Under the pieces are notes generated by a model, which worked only from the letters and a program-made list of their open reading frames with translations, was not told the origin of the DNA and made no database searches. A DNA stretch of 63,855 bases, counting the filler, from Octopus bimaculoides (Eukaryota): the NCBI RefSeq assembly GCF_001194135.2. It is 4 parts of 4 records of this genome, joined end to end, with 100 filler letters (N's around TTAATTAATTAA, not from the genome) between each part and the next. Parts side by side here need not be neighbours in the genome. Positions count along the whole stretch, not along the records: positions 50,970 to 61,611 come from NC_069005.1; positions 61,712 to 63,855 come from NC_068996.1; 2 more parts are not named here. One strand, 5' to 3'. This document shows positions 54,831 to 63,855 of this stretch, in pieces; the stretch's first letter is position 1, and each line of letters opens with the position of its first letter. The translations under genes were made by a program, and so were the position numbers.

Positions 54831-55098
54831 ACACTACTACTATTAACAACAACAACATTCATAATTTTGGCCCAAGGCCAGTAAATTTGAGGGTGAGGTG
54901 GGGACGGGGGTGTTTGATTACATCAATCCCAGTACGCTACTGATATTTTATTGATACTTGATTCAGCAAACAAGATGAGGCCCTTAGTTACCAACAAAGC
55001 TCTCTGACCTTTGCACAGCCTGTTCTTATTCTTTATGTATGGTGCTTGATGTTGAGTTTTCACTGTGTTTTTCAGCAATTCCCTTAACTCGATCCTAG

Positions 55099-55280
55099 GT
55101 ATGGTCGGTTTGACCATGACAGTTGGTGTACGCACAAGGCTGCCCTCTGCACTTGGAATATAGACAGTCAAACCTTGGACCCGAGAAAAGCCAGCAAAGT
55201 CATTGAGCTATCATGTTGTTTGATGTGTGTTGCCTTCCACCCAGCCAACCCAGCTCTTGTGTGTGCAGGAAACTTCAACG
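55099..55280 (+). CDS. WDR34: WDR34 exon: YGRFDHDSWCTHKAALCTWNIDSQTLDPRKASKVIELSCCLMCVAFHPANPALVCAGNFN(G)
   Basis: 182 nt, phase 2 to phase 1, GTAAGT donor at 55281. Resembles human YGRLDHGDWS...CAWNLD...LCLAFHP. Confidence 0.92.
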
Positions 55281-55368
55281 GTAAGTGATGACAGGAGAAA
55301 GATCACAACAGATGCCATTTACATTATTTACATTTGACAGATATTTGTCCTCATCTTGTTTGTTGTTA

Positions 55369-55412
55369 ACACAACGTTTCGGCTGATATACCCTCCAGCC
55401 TTCATCAGGTGT
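55369..55412 (-). ncRNA. Minimal type I hammerhead motif (left arm of inverted element)
   Basis: On the minus strand: acac-CTGATGA-a-GGCTG-gagggtatat-CAGCC-GAAA-CG-TT-gtgt. Palindromic ACGT stem III, 4-bp stem I, 5-bp stem II. Confidence 0.65.
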
Positions 55413-55637
55413 ATTGCGGAAATTTTGAACCTGGGCTCTCATTCCTAAGGTATTTTTCGATGTTGTTGTTATTAATATTTTTATCATATACACATAGGCA
55501 TATGGCGTAGTGGTTAAGAGCAAGGGCTACGAACCCCAAGATTCCAAGTTCGATTCTAAGCAGTGACCTGAATAATAATAATAATAACATTGAAAAATAC
55601 CTTAGGAACGAGAACCCAAGTTTGAAATTTCCCCAAG

Positions 55638-55681
55638 ACGCCTGAAGAAGGCTGGAGGGTATATCAGCCGAAACGTTATGT
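55638..55681 (+). ncRNA. Minimal type I hammerhead motif (right arm)
   Basis: acgc-CTGAAGA(55642-48)-a-GGCTG...CAGCC-GAAA(55670-73)-CG-TT-atgt. Stem I has one mismatch and one wobble. Confidence 0.55.
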
Positions 55682-55957
55682 TAACAACAAACAAGATGAG
55701 GACAAATATCCGTCAAATGTAAATAATGTAAATAATGCTCATAATTCCTCATCTCTTAAATATAGAACTGTAAGATGCCATTTAACCCTTTAGAAATCAC
55801 AGATTTTGATGAGGTAGTCATTTATTTTTAGAACGACATTATAGGGTAGGTAAGAGAGGCTGAATGTGGCTAGTTGGAATAACCCCAACTTCATATTAGA
55901 TTAATCTACCTGACCTCTTTTGAGCTTTACCTGAAATATCCATTCTATCTTTTGCAG

Positions 55958-56100
55958 GTGAAATCATGCTATGGGATTTTAGCCATGACAATGTATTACT
56001 TGTGGATAGTTATGGTATGGGAGATGGAGATGCACACAGGGAGCCTGTTGCTAAGCTACAATGGGTCCTAGACCCTGAAAGTCACTCTAAAACATACAAG
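55958..56100 (+). CDS. WDR34: WDR34 exon: (G)EIMLWDFSHDNVLLVDSYGMGDGDAHREPVAKLQWVLDPESHSKTYK
   Basis: ttgcAG acceptor, GTAAAC donor, 143 nt, frame consistent with neighbouring exons. WD40 repeat. Confidence 0.9.
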
Positions 56101-56763
56101 GTAAACCTTCATTTTGTTCTTCTGTCTTTTATATATATATATATATCTAAAGAAAACTGGACAAGGTATAAATAATGGTCATTTGAATAATTTTTCCTTT
56201 ACTGGAGTAAATTTGGCTTACAGCTGTTTCCAGTATTCATTATAGGTTCATTACTCTTAGGTTTACTCAATTGGTCTATTGATCCGTTGAGAAAAGTTGA
56301 ACAACAAAAAGAATTAATGCTACTTTCATCAGAGCCATTTCTGATTTTATATACATCAGGTCCATGCCATCGGTAATTACTCAGGGTCGGCAGTTGGTGG
56401 CGTTTATGTAGTAAAACAGACAAATAAATAAACGAAACACGGATACGCAACTAAGTTGGAGGCAGATTTACTTCTGCCTTTATAATACATAAAGAAAACA
56501 GTGTTATAGGAATGCACGCAGCACATGTACTACATAAAAGTACTGTGCTTAGCTTAAATACTGAGATCGAAAGGCAATCTACAAAAAGATAAAATATTTT
56601 GTATTTTATGCAGAGTAATCAGAGTAACCTTCATAATTTTATTGAATTCGGTGAATATTTTGCCATAAAAGGAAAATGTTACTATTGATCTGTTTTATTC
56701 GGGTTAGGCACTGTCTACCTTGCCTACCCAGGCGACATGTCCCTGATATATATGTATGTATGA

Positions 56764-56795
<32 letters not shown>

Positions 56796-56827
56796 CTAAA
56801 ATAGTCATGTTTATCACTGTTTGGCAG

Positions 56828-56907
56828 CTTGTCAGTGTGAGTGGAGATGGCAAACTTCTGGTTTGGACAGTAGACATGAAGTTAAACAAACTGACCCTTA
56901 CCCAACA
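56828..56907 (+). CDS. WDR34: WDR34 exon: LVSVSGDGKLLVWTVDMKLNKLTLTQ(Q)
   Basis: gcAG acceptor, GTAAGT donor, 80 nt. Resembles VLSVATDGKVLLW. Confidence 0.9.
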
Positions 56908-56974
56908 GTAAGTACAAACTTTATTGTTATCACATATGTATGTATGTAGGTGTGTATGTGTATACACACAGGTA

Positions 56975-57390
56975 CTGGAGTAGGTGTATGGTAAGAAGCT
57001 TGCTTCTCAACCACATGATCCAGGTTCAATCTCAATGTGTGGTACCTTGGGCAAGTGTGTTCTACTATAGCCCCAGGTTGACCAAAGCTTTATGAGTGGA
57101 TATGGTGTGCAGAGACTGAAAGAAGTCCCTCTATGTAGATGTGTATATGTTTGTGCGTGTCTGTCCTCATCTTGACATTGAATGATAGTCGTAAACGAGT
57201 GTCACTGTCATACAAGCAGTGTCACTCGTTTCCTGTCTTCCATGTCTGGGCTCTGGGAGGGAAATATTACCTCGGTTGGAAAGAGGTGAGGGTTGGTGAC
57301 AGGAAGGGCGTCTGGCTGTGGAAATCCCTACTCTGTCTGATTCATCCATACATGGAAAAAGGATGTTAAATAAATGATGATGATGATGAT
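56975..57390 (+). mobile_element. SINE family B with (GAT)n tail
   Basis: Family B head plus tail ggtgacaggaagggcgtctggctgtggaaa...gttaaataaatgatgatgat. Confidence 0.75.
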
Positions 57391-57432
57391 GATATAATGC
57401 ACTGATGCATCTTTCCTTTTCTAAATCTGCAG

Positions 57433-57623
57433 GTTTGCTGTCACATCACAGAGCCTTCCTAAATCTTTACGGGGCAAAGGTAGTCGATCTGACCGGGAAG
57501 TTGGCCTTACCTGTTTATCATCTACTCACTATGGTGACCACGTCTGTTTCATCGGTTCAGAGACTGGTGCCATTTTCAAGTGCTGCACTCAACAAGATGG
57601 ACATCGAGGAGTCGACATGGACG
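57433..57623 (+). CDS. WDR34: WDR34 exon: FAVTSQSLPKSLRGKGSRSDREVGLTCLSSTHYGDHVCFIGSETGAIFKCCTQQDGHRGVDMD(G)
   Basis: ctgcAG acceptor, GTAAGT donor, 191 nt, phases 2 and 1 consistent. Resembles EVGATAV...FILGTEGG. Confidence 0.9.
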
Positions 57624-58402
57624 GTAAGTCTGTTTTCATCACACAGTCGACTTCTTATCTCTTCAGCTTTTACTGATGTGTTGTGTGTCATAGTCAATGT
57701 AAATATATTATGAAAGACAAATTAACTGTGGTATTAGTCCAAAGATAATATCTCTTATGGATGTACAGTGTTTAAAAACACAAAAATATATCAGTAGCAG
57801 AGAAAAATCTTCCAGCAATGGTGGCGAAAATGCTAGGTATGCGTTTCTGCATCATTGCACTTTGTCAATAATTTGTACCCACTGCCAGTCCCATACTAAA
57901 GCAAACTCTGTTGCTACTCAAATAGGAAAACAGTGATTGGGCAATCACTGATATTGTGATCAGCTGTCGGGCTGAATAAAAGCACCCATGTAGCGTCACG
58001 CAAAAGCATCCTTTATGGTGCCACGTAAAAGCACCTGTGTGGTGCCACATAAAATTGCCCGTGTGACGCCATGTAAAAGCACCCAGCACACTATGTTAAA
58101 ATGGTTGGTGTTAGGAAGGGCATCCAACCATAGAAACCACACCAAAGCGGACTGGAGTCTGGTGCTTTGGTTTGGTCTGACTGGGGCTATAGGAGAAGAC
58201 ATTGGCCCATGGTGCTTCACTGTAGGATTGAACTTCAGATCATGTGGTTGGGAAGCAAGCTTCTTAACCACACAGTTTCATCTGCCCATTTCTGATTGTT
58301 ATTCTCATTTCTTGGATTTATACAAATTGCCAAATTAATATTCTGCTGCCAGCAATTAATATCTCTTAATTAAATTATTTCCTTTTTTTTTGTTTTCTTT
58401 AG

Positions 58403-58548
58403 GCAAACCAATGTTGCCATCACCTGTTGTGTTTACTTATAAACCTCACCTGGGCCCCGTTAATGCAATAGACTGCTCCCCTTTTCATCCACATGCCTTC
58501 CTTACCACTGGAATGGATCAGTCCATGAAGATATGGAATGCTCTGCAA
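58403..58548 (+). CDS. WDR34: WDR34 exon: (G)KPMLPSPVVFTYKPHLGPVNAIDCSPFHPHAFLTTGMDQSMKIWNALQ
   Basis: Long polypyrimidine tract plus AG, GTCAGT donor, 146 nt. Resembles [29 protein letters not shown]. Confidence 0.92.
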
Positions 58549-59541
58549 GTCAGTAATCTCTCTTTTGGTATTATGTTACGTTCCTTTCTATTAAAAGTTG
58601 TATTTGCTTTTACTCATCGTCATTTAACATCTGTGTTCCATGCTGGAGCTGATTCATTCAACCGAAAATTCTTCAAGGCACTGCCCTAGCAGAATACTGA
58701 GAATGAACGATACTCTTGTATCATCCTCATCCTCCTCATCATCATCGTTGTCTGCTTTCCATGCTGGCATGGGTTGGGCAGTTTGACTGAGGGCTGGCAA
58801 GACAGAAGGCTGCACCAGGCTCCAATCTGGCCTGGCAATGTTTCTACAGCTGGATGCCGTTCCTAATGTCAACCACTCTGAGAGTGTAGCAGGTGCTTTT
58901 TATGTGCCACCGGCACAGGGGCCAGAGGGGTCTGGCAACGACCACGATTGGTTGGTGCCTTTTACGTGCCACCAGCACGGAAGCCAGTCAAGGTGGTGCT
59001 AGCATCGGCTACGTTCGGGAGGTGCTTTTTACGTGCCCCTGGCACAGGGATCACAACTACAATTTCCATTTGATTTTGATGTACGGACAATCGTTATACA
59101 ACCATCAAACAGTGTCAAGACAAATGGACTCAAACACACACACATATACATATGAAATGAAAAAGCTTCCTTCAGTTTCTACCTACCAAATCCACTCTCA
59201 GGGTTTTCTTTGGCTAGGGGCTATAATAAAAGACACTTGCTCAAAGTGCCAAGTGGGACCATGTGGTTGGGAAGCAAACTTTTTACTATACAGCCACACC
59301 AGAATGTACACACACACACACACATGTAGAATGGTGCTAATATTATGTCTCCAGAAAAATTCCTTTGAAAGAGGCTTTTGTATTAAAGACTACACAGAAC
59401 TCATTCAGGATTATGTCAGAAGATTATCAGACACAAAAATCTTTTAACAGTTTCACAAAAAATGTAATAAATTGCTGAATTTCATTTTTCAACCTCACAT
59501 AATTTTTTTTCTCCTCCCCCGCTTTTTTTTCCTTCTTCTAG

Positions 59542-59750
59542 TTGGAACCTGTCAAAGTGTTGAAACCTGATCAGGGTTCTCTTGTTTGTGGGTCCTGGTC
59601 CCCTGTTCGACCTCTTGTCATTGCTGCTGCTACAGATACGGGATTGCTGCTCTTGTATGACTTACAACACAGTATGCTGAAACCTCTGCACACTTTGGAA
59701 GCTGGCACCCACAAGGCTCCCATCTATTCCTGTTCTTTCAATACTCAACG
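59542..59750 (+). CDS. WDR34: WDR34 exon: LEPVKVLKPDQGSLVCGSWSPVRPLVIAAATDTGLLLLYDLQHSMLKPLHTLEAGTHKAPIYSCSFNTQ(R)
   Basis: ttctAG acceptor, GTAAGT donor, 209 nt. WSPVRPLV motif as in human WDR34. The last exon was not found in the window. Confidence 0.92.
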
Positions 59751-59889
59751 GTAAGTGTAAATGCTGACATAGTGTTGATGCCATGACCATCCATCCTTTT
59801 ATTTGGTGGTGGTGGTGGTGGCAGTAGCGTAATCTGGGACTACATCATCTCCATCATCATCATGATAATGAAATTATTGCGTCTGGCAC

Positions 59890-60345
59890 TCAGGTGCACA
59901 TCAACTCATCAAAGGTGCATGTGCAGTACATAGAATTAGGTACAAAAGTCAGGAAAGTGAGCAGTGTACGAGTCATGATATACATGTGTGCATGTGTATG
60001 GAGGGTGGGGGGGATATCAAGTGTAGTGTTGGGGAATTCCAGGAAGCATGGAGGTTTTAAAGGATGCAATGTCTTGGCAACTAACAACTGATGCAGGGAG
60101 TTTGTTCCATGCTTCAGCAACTCTGAGTGTGAAAAAATGTTTCTGAAAGCCATGGGAGCTGTGCTGTTTTCTGACTTTGTAGGTATGCCCACATGTGTTA
60201 GACACATGGAGCTGAAAAAGGTGCTCAAGGTGATTGTTGGCATGATGGTTAATAATTTTGTGGGTATTTACATCAACAAGACTTCTTGATATTGCTGTTG
60301 TGGATGCTGGGTTTTTCCTCCCCAAATGCATGGTGGTACACTTGT
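59890..60345 (-). mobile_element. CR1/L2-type LINE 3' fragment
   Basis: KCTTMHLGRKNP...NTCGHTYKVRKQ...HFFTLRVAEAWNKLPASVVSC..SFK. Confidence 0.82.
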
Positions 60346-60499
60346 CCGCAGCCAGCTTGCTCAATAAAGAGAATGAATGGGAGAAAGAGAGTCTACCGAA
60401 AAGAATAGTCAAAGAAAGGCATAGGTGTGGTTACATGGCTGAAGTGACCAGAGAGTGGAGAGGAACAGAGAGAGTGGTTTCTTAAGGTAGGAGAGTGTG

Positions 60500-61420
60500 A
60501 ATATGATCAGTGTGTGTGTGTTTATGTGAGTTGTGAGTGATGTATGTTTAAGGGAGTGGCGCTATGGACAAGTTAGCAGCAGTAGTTAGACTTGGTGGTG
60601 AGAGACAAAGTGACAAGCATGTTGGTGTTGCTGTGTGTGTGTGTGTGAGTTTGTGTATATGTGTGTCTATGTATGTGCGTATGGGTGACGTGAGAAGTGT
60701 GTGAATGCGTTGGTGTTGCTGTATGTGTGTGTGTGTATGGGTTTGTGTATATGTGTCTCTGTATGTGTGTGTGTGTGAGAGGCGATGTGACAAGTGTGTG
60801 AGTGTGATGATGTTGCTGTGTATGTACATATGTGTTTGTGTGTGAATGCATGTCTACAGGTGTTTGTGTATGTATTTGTGTGTGTGTGTTGTGAGGGTGT
60901 GAGAAACGACATGACAAGTGTGTGAGTGCATGTGTGCAGATATGTGTATGTATGTATGTACATTTGCATGTGTGTGTGTGAACGGTTTTTTGTACATGCC
61001 AAGATATGGCAATGTGTGTGTGTGTGGGGGTGGGGGGCGATGTACAAGCTATGTATATGGGTGTGTGGAAGATGAATTAAAAATAGAATTAATTTAAATT
61101 AAATGAAAAAAATTAAATGATAAATTGAAAAAAATCTTTTAAATTAAAAAAAATTGAAATTAAATTGAATTAAAAAAAAAATCTATGTGGAAGATGTTAC
61201 TGTGAGGATGGTGGGGTGTTCAATCCAAGCAGTTGAGGGGTTTGAAGAGAGACGTAGCGCTGCTGGAGGTGAAGATTGGTGATGGTGAATCCATGGTACA
61301 GGGCCGAAGATAGTGAGGTGTCCGGTGGAATTGGTGCCAGCAGAGCGAAAATGCTGGGCAATAGGTGTATTTGTTTTGCAGGTGGGTATCCTCTTGTAAC
61401 TTAGTGGTTTGGCAAAAGAG
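60500..61420 (-). mobile_element. Penelope-like 3' remnant with degenerate CA-rich tract
   Basis: TPIAQHFRSAG...HLTIFG (GIY-YIG C-terminus-like) followed by a CA-rich tract similar in layout to 500-1100. Confidence 0.5.
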
Positions 61421-61567
61421 ACTGATAGAATAAGTACTAGGCTTACAAAGAATAAGTCCTGGGCTTGATTTTTTTTGATTAAAACCATCTAAGGTGGTTC
61501 TCCAGCATGGCCACAGTCAAACGACTGAAACAAATAAAAGACTACATATATACATATACATATATAC

Positions 61568-61611
<44 letters not shown>

Positions 61612-61711
61612 NNNNNNNNNNNNNNNNNNNNNNNNNNNNNNNNNNNNNNNNNNNNTTAATTAATTAANNNNNNNNNNNNNNNNNNNNNNNNNNNNNNNNN
61701 NNNNNNNNNNN
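61612..61711. other. Scaffold gap with TTAATTAATTAA linker (61656-67)
   Basis: Same 100-bp structure. Confidence 0.95.
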
Positions 61712-61757
<46 letters not shown>

Positions 61758-62272
61758 TAGATAGATAGATATGTTTGAATACACATAGATACATACTTGC
61801 ATACATACATTCATGCATGCATGCATGCATACTATCAAAAACATTTCATTCATACATACGTATATACATACATACATGCATACATACATACATACATACA
61901 TACATACATACATACATACATGCATACATACATTCAGACATACATACATACATAGATATACACAAACATAATTAACAGTGTGCTGGAATGCAAGTCACGT
62001 AACCAGACAATTCAGTGTCAGCAGACAGTTCTACACAGTTCCTATGTCTATGATCGTGAAACCAATGATCATATCGCAGGAGAGAGCAGAGCACGACATA
62101 TTTTGAGTGGTCTTCTTTTCGTATTTCTCTTTTTTTTTTCTTTTATTGTTGTTAGAAAAACTACAGAAACACGTGTAATTAAAAATTCCACCATAAATAA
62201 ATAGAAAATTCCCACCAATAAAGACACTACAACTACACCACTAACAGTACCACCATACCACTACCACTGCTG

Positions 62273-62338
<66 letters not shown>

Positions 62339-62499
62339 TTACTACTACTACTGCCCCTGCTGTTGCTGCTGCTGTTTTGGGTGTAATAACGATTGAAATA
62401 TTTAGTATGTGAACATCTTCAGTCTTCACTCTTCACACGTGTAAAGAATATATATGTACACATATATATATATATGTATATCTGTGTGGGGGTGCATGT

Positions 62500-62553
<54 letters not shown>

Positions 62554-62861
62554 ACATATATATATATACATACACATATATATATATACATATATATACA
62601 TTCATATACATATACATGTGTGTGTGTGTGTGTGTGTGTGTATGAAATGATTATTGACCCGTAATCCATAAATAGATACGATTCAGAATTGCCAAAATTC
62701 GAACCCTCATTCCGTTTATCTTTCTTCTTTTCTCTACTTCTTCGGGCTTAAAAACTCACCTCTTTGTTTCAATCGTTTTGAGAGAGGGAGAAAGAGAGTG
62801 AGTGAGTGAGTGACAGAGAGAGAGGGAGAGAGATTTATTTATGTGTATATATATGTTGTGC

Positions 62862-62971
<110 letters not shown>

Positions 62972-63824
62972 AATCCTACTTTATCTCATTAAAGAAAAAA
63001 GAAAATGAATACTCGAAAGGCAACAGTTTGCAACGAAAACACTTAGAAACCAACTAAATCCACAAGATGATTTCGTATATATATATATATTGTGTTTTTT
63101 TTTTCATGGCAATACTAATAAGAACAGATAGCTGTTGTGAACATTAACACAGTCAGGTAGTCAGTGGCAACTTATTAGAAAAATTATCTAATCACAGAAG
63201 TGCTATTGTCCAGTTTATTACCTGTGCGCCTTTGGTAAACACCTGCGGTTGTTGCTGCTCTCCTTTTAGCATTAACTACACCTGTCACACAACATGGTTA
63301 CAAAGAAGAATCAGCACCACTCTACATCACCTTCACTACACACACCCTCTACCTACAACAGCCTAGCAGCTTTATTTTTCAGTCCATATGTTTCTCTAAT
63401 ATTACAGACTCGTTTGAAGTTTGATTGCTTAAACGGTGTTAAATTAAAAGAAATACGTATTATTCGTTATCTGACAATCTCCCTAAACATTAAAACAGTT
63501 ATAGACACTTCAACGAAGCCTTCTCCAATCAAAATACAAACAAGTTTCATATGAAGAGGTGTTTACTTATTTGGTCGCTAATTTCTTCTCAGTATCATGC
63601 GACAATCATTGTTTGCTGGTTTTAAAATAAACTGCATGCAATCGAAGCATTTGTTTATTTCCAGCTGGTCACAGAAATCGACGATGATTGAGTCGTCACT
63701 GAACACGATTTGCTCACAGCGTATACATATGTACTCGCATTAATTGGCTTTCATTCTCTCCTCCCATCTCCCACTCTCCTCTTTTTCTCTTTATATAAAC
63801 TTTGTGCGTGCGTGCGTATATAAG

Positions 63825-63855
<31 letters not shown>

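Larger units (their letters stand above)
52440..55098 (+). other. U12-type (minor spliceosome) GT-AG intron in WDR34
   Basis: 5' splice site GTATCCTTT, branch site TTCCCTTAAC at 55079-55088 only 8 nt before the AG at 55097-98, and no polypyrimidine tract. Flanking exons join in frame (TC|G = Ser). Confidence 0.85.
55322..55772 (+). mobile_element. tRNA-headed, hammerhead-bearing non-autonomous retroelement with 5' inverted duplicate
   Basis: 12-bp direct repeat agatgccattta at 55310-21 and 55773-84 (TSD). A-box TGGCGTAGTGG 55503-13 and B-box GTTCGATTC 55548-56, then (AAT)n, then a tail whose reverse complement occupies about 55317-55475. Confidence 0.75.

Noticed and set aside
63100-63560. 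Possible last WDR34 exon or GPCR TM3 exon
   Set aside because: No frame resembles the expected LLAxGD..G.VK.W or EYARTAMFMWM motifs, and it lies beyond another linker gap.

Overview
Repeat-rich animal genomic DNA. The SINE families, dense microsatellites and gene content point to an Octopus-like cephalopod (inference). Two spliced genes lie on the + strand, both incomplete. The first has three exons of a class B1 GPCR of PDF-receptor type (23528-48474; ECD end, TM1, TM2). The second has seven exons of the dynein-2 intermediate chain WDR34/DYNC2I2 (52387-59750), with a U12-type minor intron at 52440-55098. Three 100-bp gaps carry an artificial TTAATTAATTAA linker, so the order of the blocks is uncertain. 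The rest is introns or intergenic DNA with decayed Penelope-like, RTE, CR1/L2, R4/Dong and hAT elements, tRNA-derived SINEs and MITEs. The most notable signal is a set of type I hammerhead-ribozyme motifs in several unrelated non-coding elements: about 6 well-formed and 4 decayed. Two elements carry back-to-back inverted hammerhead pairs, and one of these has a tRNA-like Pol III head and a 12-bp target-site duplication. Together they suggest a non-autonomous, Penelope-dependent, retrozyme-like element system. All motifs were found by eye and none has been tested computationally.
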